Below, in pieces: positions 34,697-43,293 of a stretch of DNA of 43,293 nucleotides. Origin of the DNA: an uncultured Methanosarcinales archaeon (lineage in GTDB: Archaea; Nanobdellota; Nanobdellia; Woesearchaeales; GW2011-AR4); NCBI GenBank assembly GCA_964538135.1, contig CAZIEE010000001.1, positions 1 to 43,293 of the forward strand. Reading direction: 5' to 3'. The translations under genes were made by a program, and so were the position numbers. Below the pieces are notes generated by a model. The model was not told the origin of the DNA and did no database searches. It saw only the letters and a program-made list of their open reading frames with translations. Each line of letters starts with the position of its first letter. Positions within the stretch are counted from its first letter, which is position 1.

Positions 34697-37399
34697 TTAA
34701 CCGCCAGATTGACCAGGTTTGAATATATCTTTTGTCAAGCTATTTGTCCATCTACCTAAATTTGGACCAATATCATAGCCTTCTGTTTTATCAGCAATAG
34801 CTCGCAATAATTGCAATGCACCAACTTTGCCCTCTGCATGACCAAAATATTTAGCTTCTTCAATTACTCTATACAATATGTACATTGCTGCTCCTCTGGT
34901 TGTTATAGTTGGATTTATTGACATTTCCGTATTATCTTGAAGGTCATAGTAATAAACTTTCCCTATATGTTTATCCACTCTTGATGCCCTAACATCAAAA
35001 GCAGGATTTAAATGATTTGGCCTCATAGTCATCTTAATATAATTAGGCAAATTTGAAGGGGCAAGATCTGATGAAGTTGCCAAATCATTCAATTTTATTT
35101 CTACTTTAGCTTGCGTTACCTTTTTATCCTTCCAGTAGCCTTCTTCCCTTTCCTCTCTAGAAACCGTTCGTACATGTTTTAAATATGGAGAATATGTTTC
35201 GCTCATGATGCGATCCATAACTGTAATAGCATTTTTATGATACCTTCCATCCCTCATATCATCTCTGTAAGGATCATATGCAACATACATCCAAGTAACA
35301 ATATCCAAAGGATCACATAACCCAATAAATTCCTCTGGCACTCTTCTAATACTAGGAACGCTTCTTCTTTTTGGAGACTTTGGATTAGGAACCTTTGGCA
35401 TATAAATATCACTCAAGACAACACCCTTTTCTAATACAGTTCCATCAAATAATGTGATTCCATCACCTACTTCAAGAGGCCATCCGTTTTCATCTAATCC
35501 TATACCTTGTTCCCAATCCCATTTTTCGAAGTTTGGTTTTCTATAGTTATTGTACATTTCATATTTTTCCTTTTCTATTTCAGCCTGCTTTTTTTTCCTT
35601 ATACTTTCCCTAATTTGAGAAATTTCATTTTCAATGACAAATTTTCTTTGCAATGGATTTATCATGCGATTCAGAATATTTTGTTTTATATTGCTAAACT
35701 TAGAGAAATATAAAATCCATAAGTAAGCCGCTATCAATTTTTTTAATAAAATAGCCATGTCTTTATCTAATTTAATTTCTTTAAATACGTTAAGGACGTT
35801 TTCAAAAGCTTCTAAAATTCTTGGATCTTTTGATTGATCTGTTTTTAGAATTTGTCCGATATTACTGGTTTCAAGCTTAACAATTTTTATGAGTTCTTCG
35901 ATTTTTTCCTTTGAAACATCTTTCAATTTTTTATTCATACTTTCTACTATCCCTTTTTTTAAATTTTCTATGTTTGTTTTAATATTATCAATTAAACCCA
36001 ATGTTTCTTTTTCACCTGATTTTTTAAGCTTAGTCGTATCTATTTTAGGATTCTCAGTTTTCATTTGCTCGGTAATCCTTTTGTAGAGTTCAAGTTTGAA
36101 TTTATTATCTAAAAAATTATTTATTCTATTTTCAAAACTTTGATCAAATATTCTTCCAGCCCTTTTATCTAATTCAAATAATCTTTTATTTAATGGATCC
36201 ATGATTTCATTTATCTCTTTTAGTTCAGTTCTTAGAGTCAATAGTTGTGATATTTTTTCATTAAGATTAATCTTGTTAAACTCTATTTGGGCATCTTCAA
36301 GAAGTCTTAGATATGGTTGCTTACTTGGATCAAAAAAAACCATTATTTCAACATCTTGAGAACTTAGAGTGACTTTTTGCAAAAGTTCAACCTCAATATT
36401 TACAATTTGTACTATATCAGTAACATTTCTGGTTTTTGCATTGAATTCTTCGTCAAATTTTTCTTCATCAATCAACTTTGGCATATCTGCCTTTATTTTA
36501 TATTTTGCAAATTGTTTTATTATATGGTAAGTGTGTGTAAAAAAAATCTTTTCTTGGGTCAACTTAAATTTTTCCAATGATCCACCTTTTTTCATAATAT
36601 TATTTATCTTATCAGTTATGATCGTCCTGACACCACTACTTGAAATCAGTGCATCTCTATGATTTAATTCAAAATTTTTTATTTTGGTTTTCAAATGGAT
36701 TATTGCCTTTTCAAAATAACTCTTGATAAATTCAATGTTTTTAGCAAGGTTTTCTAGCTTTTGTTTGTCAGTAGTTCTAGATTCATGCCAGACCCGGCAT
36801 TTTTCTATTATTTCATTTACCTCTGATATCAACGTATTCCAGTATACCTCATTTTCATAACCAAAAAAAACCACACTGTAAGTAGTTCCAAATTCGTCAT
36901 AACCCCTTCCATCAGTATAATAAATTGGCTCTTTATCTGGTCTGTGAAATACTCCTTTAATTTTATCATCACCTTTTTTGATTGTAATGTTATCCCTTAC
37001 TATTTTAGTACCCTTTTCGGCAAACCTTCCTTCCCTCTCTATTGCATCAAGTTCCGTGTAAGGTCCCAAACTTGTTTTAATAATTTCTGCACCTTCCTCA
37101 TTCTCTCCATCTTTGGAATAGTATTCAATCATCTCATTCATTATTTTTTCAACACTTTCCTTCCCTTCCCAATCAACTTCTGTCTCTACCATTTTTTTGT
37201 TCATTGCACCTAAGTGTTCTAAGTTTATTTCTTCCTGCAAATCAGTAAATGTTGGTATTACTGTTGGAGCTTCTCCTTTGGGAACAGTATAATGATAATC
37301 AAGTCCTTTCTTTCTGAAAATTCTAACATAAAAATTTCTTAACTTTCCAAAACCTTTATTTATAATAGTTTCTTCTTTTCTTGATGGTTCTTCAGCCAT
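34697..37399 (-). CDS. Large (900 aa) protein of unknown function, gene 5 of the novel operon
   Basis: ATG 37399 with GAGGT 8 nt upstream; 8-nt overlap with gene 4. Long K/E/N-rich helical middle. C-terminal 280 aa is rich in W/Y/R/P. No NTPase, nuclease or protease motif recognised. Confidence 0.75.
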   Translation of the reverse strand: MAEEPSRKEETIINKGFGKLRNFYVRIFRKKGLDYHYTVPKGEAPTVIPTFTDLQEEINLEHLGAMNKKMVETEVDWEGKESVEKIMNEMIEYYSKDGENEEGAEIIKTSLGPYTELDAIEREGRFAEKGTKIVRDNITIKKGDDKIKGVFHRPDKEPIYYTDGRGYDEFGTTYSVVFFGYENEVYWNTLISEVNEIIEKCRVWHESRTTDKQKLENLAKNIEFIKSYFEKAIIHLKTKIKNFELNHRDALISSSGVRTIITDKINNIMKKGGSLEKFKLTQEKIFFTHTYHIIKQFAKYKIKADMPKLIDEEKFDEEFNAKTRNVTDIVQIVNIEVELLQKVTLSSQDVEIMVFFDPSKQPYLRLLEDAQIEFNKINLNEKISQLLTLRTELKEINEIMDPLNKRLFELDKRAGRIFDQSFENRINNFLDNKFKLELYKRITEQMKTENPKIDTTKLKKSGEKETLGLIDNIKTNIENLKKGIVESMNKKLKDVSKEKIEELIKIVKLETSNIGQILKTDQSKDPRILEAFENVLNVFKEIKLDKDMAILLKKLIAAYLWILYFSKFSNIKQNILNRMINPLQRKFVIENEISQIRESIRKKKQAEIEKEKYEMYNNYRKPNFEKWDWEQGIGLDENGWPLEVGDGITLFDGTVLEKGVVLSDIYMPKVPNPKSPKRRSVPSIRRVPEEFIGLCDPLDIVTWMYVAYDPYRDDMRDGRYHKNAITVMDRIMSETYSPYLKHVRTVSREEREEGYWKDKKVTQAKVEIKLNDLATSSDLAPSNLPNYIKMTMRPNHLNPAFDVRASRVDKHIGKVYYYDLQDNTEMSINPTITTRGAAMYILYRVIEEAKYFGHAEGKVGALQLLRAIADKTEGYDIGPNLGRWTNSLTKDIFKPGQSGG

Positions 37400-38819
37400 A
37401 GTAATCAACCTCGAATTTTCTTATTAAATCAATTTTTTTTCTGAAAAAAGTAGGCGCCCCGATTGAAATCAAAATTTTAATCAATCTTTTATACCTATCC
37501 ATACATTTCCAGACAAGCAATTTGATTTCTGTAATGTCCAAGTTTTTTGATTTTTCTTCTTTTATTTTTGATCTTTCGAAAATATCGTTAATCATTTTTA
37601 ATATACCCTCATATTTTTTCAATACAAATGCAAATAATACTATGGAACCAAAATTTTTATAATTAGAAGGATCTACTGATTTACCAAGTTTTGATCCATA
37701 TTCACTGTAATCAATAAGTTTTTGGTAATTACTTGTAAGTTCCTGTGCCTCTTTTTCTAATTCAATCTCTTCCAAAACACTGGTTATAGAAGTCACTATG
37801 GGGACATACAGTAATTCCAGATTATTTTTTATTCTTTTGAATTCCTTCTTTTTTTCATCAAATAATTTTTTCAATTCCATTTCTATTGTTTCAAAAAAAT
37901 CAATAATTACTTTTTTTAAGCCTTCATTTAAGGTGATCACCCTTCCCCTAAAAATTGATAATAAGCTCTTCATAGCTTCTTCTATAGCTTTACTTCTTCT
38001 TACAAAAAATTGACCTGAAATATCTTCCTTTTCCTTTTGCAATACTTCTATCCAGGAAAAAGGGTTTTCTCCAATAGTGATATTTTTTAATAATAATTCG
38101 TAAGTTTCCTGACTCCAGTAATCATTATTGAATTCTGCAGCGATTGACTTTATATTCTCAAAAAATTTTTTTGTAGATACATTTTTTTCCCATCTGTTGG
38201 TGTTTTTGTCAATATCCATGTATAAATAATCTATCCAATACTGCAACCTGCTGCTTATACCTGGCATATTAATAAGATAGTTAATTTCATGATTTTGGTC
38301 TAAAGCTATCTTAAGATGCCTGTCTCCAAACCTATCTAGGGCAACAAAAGCGTTTGTATTTTCAAGAAAAAAACCTGTAAAGTAATCCTTAAATCTTTTA
38401 ATAAAAAATGTGATATCATTGCCCCTTTGCATATACACAGACCATTTATCCAAATCAGTAATGCACGCATTTAATGCTTCAATCTCTTTATCTACTCTTA
38501 ACATCAATCGAAGTATCTTAATTAATCTTTCCATTATCTTGTTGGAATCTAATTTTCCTAACATTTTCATGAACTCTGCATAAAGTATGTTAATATCACC
38601 CTCTCTTTTTAAAAATTTTTTTTTGATGTCCTCTAAACTTAAAATACCTTTATTGTACATGAAAAAATCATTGACCTTATCAAGCTCTCCATTGAAGTAA
38701 TATAGCAATTCCAGTGCATCCTTCAGGAACCTTGTATTTTCATTACCCAGGAAACCTGGATTACTAACTCCCTTGAGATTTGTAATTTTCTCTTCATCAG
38801 TTAAATTATTTATTTTCAT
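37392..38819 (-). CDS. Helical protein of unknown function (475 aa), gene 4 of the novel operon
   Basis: ATG 38819 lies 1 nt after the gene 3 stop. Alternative ATG 38864 or GTG 38870 would overlap by 44-50 nt. No recognisable motif. Confidence 0.7.
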   Translation of the reverse strand: MKINNLTDEEKITNLKGVSNPGFLGNENTRFLKDALELLYYFNGELDKVNDFFMYNKGILSLEDIKKKFLKREGDINILYAEFMKMLGKLDSNKIMERLIKILRLMLRVDKEIEALNACITDLDKWSVYMQRGNDITFFIKRFKDYFTGFFLENTNAFVALDRFGDRHLKIALDQNHEINYLINMPGISSRLQYWIDYLYMDIDKNTNRWEKNVSTKKFFENIKSIAAEFNNDYWSQETYELLLKNITIGENPFSWIEVLQKEKEDISGQFFVRRSKAIEEAMKSLLSIFRGRVITLNEGLKKVIIDFFETIEMELKKLFDEKKKEFKRIKNNLELLYVPIVTSITSVLEEIELEKEAQELTSNYQKLIDYSEYGSKLGKSVDPSNYKNFGSIVLFAFVLKKYEGILKMINDIFERSKIKEEKSKNLDITEIKLLVWKCMDRYKRLIKILISIGAPTFFRKKIDLIRKFEVDYYG

Positions 38820-38820
38820 T

Positions 38821-40491
38821 TCAACTTGTTTTCTTTTTTTCTGGCTTTTTTTCCAATTGTTCATAACCACTTTTGTAATATTCTTCTAAATACATTTTTG
38901 CTAATTCATTCTCTTTAGTACTCTTTTCTGCAAAATTATTTATAAACATCCATAATCCAACCATACTCACTGTGGGTAAAGGATTTATAGGCTTAACTTG
39001 TAAAAGACTATCATGTGTTCCTTCATGATATTTCTTTTTTGCCCAGTAAAAGAACTTTCCCCCATTTTTTAGCGCTTCTCTGTCAAAAGCAATATCCTCA
39101 TAATCAAGCAATTTTTTAAATTTTGCATTATCAAGATTATAATAACCCTCCAAAATTTCGTAATCAGTGATTTTTTTGCTAAAACGATGGTATGTGCCAA
39201 AGCTAAGATCATTAATATACCATACCCAGTCTTTCATCGCAAAGTCTAATATATGACTGAATCTCGGAACTATTACACTTGAATCAGGGTAATATAAATA
39301 CTCTATGTCTTCTTTTTTCCATCTCCTTATTGACGTATCGATTCTGCCTTCAACTTGAATTTGATTTATATCAGTAATAGAGTAACCGTATAAATTGACT
39401 TCTTCAAGGTAATTTGTACCTGGCTCTAAGTTCACTACATTTCCAGTGAAAGTCCTGTCCAATTTCACTTTTGTCCAATCTATTTCTCTAAAAAATCCCT
39501 CATCTCCTAGCCCTCCTTCTTCAATTTTATAGATATCAGGCTTTGCATCTTTTCTGGCAAATCCATAACCCCTTTGATAACTTCCATACATATTATACAT
39601 ATCAAGAAACTTTAATCTTATATTCCTAGTTAAATTATAAGTCCTATACCTTTTCACATATGCCAGGAATTTAACATAATAAGATTTAATTTGTATGGAG
39701 TACTCATTATTGAGTTGGGTTTCATAAGTAGTAAAGGCGTCACTAACTCTAGTGCTTACTGCTTGTTCAGTATCCTTAACTGTTAAATCCTTTTCCAAAT
39801 ATGATTTTAATTCCTCCATCAACTTATAAACAAAATAATCCTGTCTTGCCCAACCTATAGCAGGCCTTTTATTTTCTGGATTTATTTCAATTTCCCATCT
39901 ACCTTCACCTTCAGGATCCTTTTCAATTCTTGCACCTTCAACATAGCTTCGCATAATTTTGGCTAAGAATTTTGCAGTCATTATATTATTAGTTAGTCTC
40001 TTTTCTTTTTTGCTGAGGTCTTCATACATTTTCTTAATTCCTCCTGTTTTAGTATCACTAAGTCCCTCATATTTAGCACGAAATATTTCATGCCTTAACA
40101 TATAATTCATCAAAACATAGAGTTCAATCCTCATATTTTGCAAGCTAAATGGGAGTTCTCCTGGCAATGTTGGTGTTCTTAATAGCCCATATCTGCTCAG
40201 GAATTTTGCTAAATACTCTCTACCCCTAATTTTTCTGTAAAGTATTTCTAGTAATCTTGTAAATCCCTCCTTTTTCATTGCTTCTAGTTTTTCCCCCCCA
40301 CTAATCCCAAAAACTACCCCACCACCTAGCACAACTATCACTAAAATTCCTAAAAGTATCTTCCAACTAACACCTACCAATCCAATTAATCCAGGATTAT
40401 CTGGATATACAAGGAAGTGAAAAGCTGCTGTCACTAAAAATGCAACTATAATTGCACCTATCCAGTCAATCAAACCATTAGATTCGGTCAT
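38821..40491 (-). CDS. Membrane-anchored protein (two N-terminal TM helices + about 480-aa soluble domain), gene 3 of the novel operon
   Basis: IDWIGAIIVAFLVTAAFHFLVY and WKILLGILVIVVLGGGVVFGI helices. ATGA overlap with gene 2. Confidence 0.75.
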   Translation of the reverse strand: MTESNGLIDWIGAIIVAFLVTAAFHFLVYPDNPGLIGLVGVSWKILLGILVIVVLGGGVVFGISGGEKLEAMKKEGFTRLLEILYRKIRGREYLAKFLSRYGLLRTPTLPGELPFSLQNMRIELYVLMNYMLRHEIFRAKYEGLSDTKTGGIKKMYEDLSKKEKRLTNNIMTAKFLAKIMRSYVEGARIEKDPEGEGRWEIEINPENKRPAIGWARQDYFVYKLMEELKSYLEKDLTVKDTEQAVSTRVSDAFTTYETQLNNEYSIQIKSYYVKFLAYVKRYRTYNLTRNIRLKFLDMYNMYGSYQRGYGFARKDAKPDIYKIEEGGLGDEGFFREIDWTKVKLDRTFTGNVVNLEPGTNYLEEVNLYGYSITDINQIQVEGRIDTSIRRWKKEDIEYLYYPDSSVIVPRFSHILDFAMKDWVWYINDLSFGTYHRFSKKITDYEILEGYYNLDNAKFKKLLDYEDIAFDREALKNGGKFFYWAKKKYHEGTHDSLLQVKPINPLPTVSMVGLWMFINNFAEKSTKENELAKMYLEEYYKSGYEQLEKKPEKKKTS

Positions 40492-41669
40492 TGTGGATTG
40501 CCTCCTGACTGTTCTGCTTGAGGAGTTGCTGAATCTCCTGTGCCTTCTGGTGATGATGTAGGTGATTGTACTTGTGATGGTATAGGTGCTGGTGATGGTG
40601 CAGATTCTTGACTTGATTCAGCAGGTGCACTTGATGTAGTTTTAGTTCTTATTTTCTTTATTCCTTTCAAAGCAATTATCAAAATACCGAAAAATACTAC
40701 TATTTCGATACCTGCTTTAAACATTGTTCCACCAGTTAAGCCACCTTTATCAGTTAATGAATCACAATCAATAGGACTAAGCTTACAAGCTATCTTTCCT
40801 AACAATCCTCTATATTCTGGAGTAGCAGTAGTTAATGCAGCTGAGAACCATGAAACCAGAACAATTGCTAAAATCCATCTTCCGCTTTTGTTAGTTACTG
40901 TGCCTTCAAGAGCTTGGGCAAACATTATCACTAATAAAATTTCTCCCATTTGTATTACAGCTCCAAGTTTAGCCCCTTGACTAGCCATGCTTATAGACAA
41001 AACTAAAGCTAACAAGTAATTTAGTGTATTTTTACCACCTACCCCTCCCTTTAACAAAAAGCCATTAAAGAAAAAGGACAGTAATACAAATGAACCAATA
41101 AAAACAAATAGACCACCTTGTGGATTTAATATCCCATTTTGCTTATTAAACAAGAGCCCAATTAATTGTTTAACAGCAGGCTCTGACCATATCCATTTAT
41201 CTCCTATGTTAACTGCCCATACTGAAGAAAATATGAATATCAATAAACCAGCTCCGATTTGTCCTGGCTTTGATTGTAATTTTACCCCAATGGGTGACAT
41301 AACCAGTATAAAGTACAAAACAGATGAAATAATTAAAGAGTTAACTAATTTATGCCTACTGAAAAACTGAGCAAAAGGCCCAACATTCCATATCAAACCA
41401 GTTTGTCCATAAAGGAAAGCAATCAAAAATGATGCAACTAAGATTATAATCCAAATAACTGTCTTTTCTTTGCCAGGTTTGTCAGGTAGTAATAATGATT
41501 GTAACAAAAATAGGATTATTCCAATTACTGCTGTATTAATTAACAAGAACCATATTTTTGTTCCTTGGAAAGGAATAGCATGGGCTAATGGCAAGCTGAT
41601 TATAGCTACCAAAATCACTCCAATAGCCCAAATAAATTTATTTTTTGTAATTGTCATATTTCTTGTCAT
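40488..41669 (-). CDS. Polytopic membrane protein (about 10 TM) with S/P/Q-rich C-terminal tail, gene 2 of the novel operon
   Basis: Ten hydrophobic segments read from the translation. Tail is TTSSAPAESSQESAPSPAPIPSQVQSPTSSPEGTGDSATPQAEQSGGNPQ. ATGA overlap with gene 1. Confidence 0.75.
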   Translation of the reverse strand: MTRNMTITKNKFIWAIGVILVAIISLPLAHAIPFQGTKIWFLLINTAVIGIILFLLQSLLLPDKPGKEKTVIWIIILVASFLIAFLYGQTGLIWNVGPFAQFFSRHKLVNSLIISSVLYFILVMSPIGVKLQSKPGQIGAGLLIFIFSSVWAVNIGDKWIWSEPAVKQLIGLLFNKQNGILNPQGGLFVFIGSFVLLSFFFNGFLLKGGVGGKNTLNYLLALVLSISMASQGAKLGAVIQMGEILLVIMFAQALEGTVTNKSGRWILAIVLVSWFSAALTTATPEYRGLLGKIACKLSPIDCDSLTDKGGLTGGTMFKAGIEIVVFFGILIIALKGIKKIRTKTTSSAPAESSQESAPSPAPIPSQVQSPTSSPEGTGDSATPQAEQSGGNPQ

Positions 41670-42850
41670 AGTTCTTTTTCAATCTCATCCAAAGTTTTGT
41701 CATCAGGAATATCATCAAACTCATAGCCTTGAGAGGTTAACTTAATCCAAAGCCTAAGCACATTATCACTAAAGTAGAATCTGTTGTCTTTCTTGTAAAT
41801 AATATCAACATCCATTAACCTTTCAAGAATACTTTTTGTTACAGGTGCGCTTCTATAGATGTGTTTTGCTATCTCGCTTAGCCTGAGTTCGTCTTTTGCA
41901 ACAACTTTTAGAATTGTTTTTAGTAGAGTCTGGCCTCTTGCATGATTGTAGTAATAATTAAAGCATTCATTACAGTAATCATAGATTGCGTTTTTCTTTT
42001 TGAGCAACTCAATCAAAAATGTTCGCTTTAAGCTCACATTTTTGTCAACAGATAATTTTTTTAGAAGTAGTAATGTAATGTATAAATTTCCATTTGTCAA
42101 GGAAAAAACCTCTCCAGAAATTTTTTCATTGTCCACTTCTTTCTTTCCAAAGAAACTTTCAACTAAATTAAAGATTTCTTTTTTGTCAAAATTTTTTATT
42201 TCATAGCAATCAAAATTTTTTAATCTGGATATGCACTCTTTAATTGCAGAACTTGTTACAACATAACAAACATTTTGTGAATTAAAATTGATAATAGATA
42301 AAATATCTTTAATCTGAGAAAAATTATTCAAATCAAAAATATTATCAAAATTATCCAATATTACCAAAAACTTTTTGTTGTTTTCTTTAGCTAATATTTG
42401 AATAAAATCAAAAGCAGTTTGAACAAGAAGTTTTTGCTCTGGTTTTATCTTTAATAACTCATTATCAATAGTTTTTATTAAAGAAAAAGAATCTTTACTT
42501 AATTGACTCTCAAATTTCAGTAAACTATTCAAATGCAAAAACTCTTTGTATTCAGTTATTGGTCTATTCAAAAAATTAAAGAGAATGTTCCCAATAAATT
42601 CAATTGAAAAGTTTTCTGGGTTTAGGCTTATCTTTTCTAAATCAATATAAACTGGAACAAGCTCTTTAATATCCTTGATATTTTTAATGTGTTCTTTAAC
42701 AATAAAGGTTTTTCCTGATTTTCTAGAGCCAAGCAATGCAATGTTTTTCACATCACCTTTAATAAAAGAATTTGTATTTCTCTTTAATATATCAAGATAG
42801 TACTCTCTATCTACAGATTCCAATTTTCTCTCAGACAATGTCAAACCCAT
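41666..42850 (-). CDS. Arch_ATPase-like (STAND-type) P-loop NTPase with C-terminal winged-helix-like domain, gene 1 of the novel operon
   Basis: Walker A LLGSRKSGKT and Walker B FLVILDNFDN. C-terminal LRLSEIAKHIYRSAPVTKSILERLMDVDIIYKKDNRFYF resembles the DUF234/wHTH tails of archaeal ATPases. Confidence 0.7.
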   Translation of the reverse strand: MGLTLSERKLESVDREYYLDILKRNTNSFIKGDVKNIALLGSRKSGKTFIVKEHIKNIKDIKELVPVYIDLEKISLNPENFSIEFIGNILFNFLNRPITEYKEFLHLNSLLKFESQLSKDSFSLIKTIDNELLKIKPEQKLLVQTAFDFIQILAKENNKKFLVILDNFDNIFDLNNFSQIKDILSIINFNSQNVCYVVTSSAIKECISRLKNFDCYEIKNFDKKEIFNLVESFFGKKEVDNEKISGEVFSLTNGNLYITLLLLKKLSVDKNVSLKRTFLIELLKKKNAIYDYCNECFNYYYNHARGQTLLKTILKVVAKDELRLSEIAKHIYRSAPVTKSILERLMDVDIIYKKDNRFYFSDNVLRLWIKLTSQGYEFDDIPDDKTLDEIEKEL

Positions 42851-42924
42851 CTATTCCCTACTATCTGCCAATTATTCCTATACCATTTGGAATATATACT
42901 GTTAATATAAATATCTTTCCATTA

Positions 42925-42958
42925 TCCTGAAAATCCGCTGTCAAATGTGGATTTTCAT
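42925..42958. repeat. 34-nt hairpin element, copy 2 (TCCTGAAAATCCGCTGTCAAATGTGGATTTTCAT)
   Basis: 31/34 identical to 32205-32238 in the same orientation, 10,720 bp away. It lies just upstream of the operon promoter region. Confidence 0.8.
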
Positions 42959-43099
42959 AACTGTTATACTTTTCGGTATATTTTTTTAAAAATAATATAC
43001 TCAAAATAAAATATTCCATTTTGTATAGAAGATATATTTAAAGTTTTGCATAAAATATTTATTCCTATTAGAATATATACTTTTTGGTATAAAAAATAA

Positions 43100-43252
43100 A
43101 TAGAAAACCACATTAGCAAAAGATTTATTGTCGCGCTGACGGGACTTAGAAGAATTGGAAAAACTACAATTATGTACCAATTAGTGCATAAATTACTGCA
43201 GGAGAAAGTTGAGCATTCAAATATTCTGTTTTTTTCTTTCGGCAGGCTGTAA
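43100..43252 (+). pseudogene. N-terminal fragment of another AAA_14/DUF4143-type ATPase
   Basis: Frame reads ...FIVALTGLRRIGKTTIMYQLVHKLLQEKVEHSNILFFSFGRL then stop. It holds a Walker A region only, bounded by stops at 43097 and 43250, with no start codon. Confidence 0.55.
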
Positions 43253-43293
43253 TACAATACCAATAATTTAATCCAGTAACAGCATCGTCTACC

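Noticed and set aside
31387-43252. Calling the accessory island an integrated mobile element or provirus.
   Set aside because: No integrase, transposase, tRNA target, capsid or terminase signature is visible. The 34-nt repeats alone are insufficient, so the idea is reported only as a hypothesis under findings.
42964-43263. 99-aa minus-strand ORF at the window end.
   Set aside because: The hydrophobic, low-complexity translation overlaps the plus-strand ATPase fragment, whose Walker A motif (GLRRIGKTT) is a far better explanation of the sequence.

Overview
AT-rich (roughly 30% G+C), densely coding fragment that reads as a DPANN-like archaeon. Archaeal hallmarks include archaeal-type DnaG, aIF2-beta, archaeal-type PEP carboxylase (MSTQHPDN), archaeal L11, TATA boxes about 25-30 nt upstream of leaderless ATGs, and many class-III (prepilin-like) signal peptides. 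Bacterial-looking genes are interspersed: fused IspD/IspF, XseA/XseB, ProBAC and a split glutamine-dependent NadE.

Three blocks stand out.

(1) 3.6-15.5 kb: a same-strand operon of five prepilin-like proteins around a 2719-aa cysteine-rich repeat adhesin. The adhesin contains a near-perfect 345-bp tandem duplication.

(2) 15.5-31.4 kb: housekeeping genes and two G+C-rich, strongly structured intergenic islands that I call candidate ncRNAs. One of them shares about 40 nt with the proA/proB junction.

(3) 31.4-43.3 kb: an accessory island. It holds PIN/UPF0175 and HicA toxin-antitoxin genes, one intact and three decayed AAA_14/DUF4143 ATPase copies, and two copies of a 34-nt hairpin element 10,720 bp apart. 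Its core is a five-gene translationally coupled operon (34697-42850, minus strand): an Arch_ATPase-like NTPase with a winged-helix tail, a 10-TM protein, a 2-TM anchored protein, and two large soluble proteins with no motifs I can recognise.

That operon is my best candidate for an undescribed system, either defence or a membrane-associated apparatus. No tRNA, rRNA, CRISPR array, integrase or transposase could be supported.
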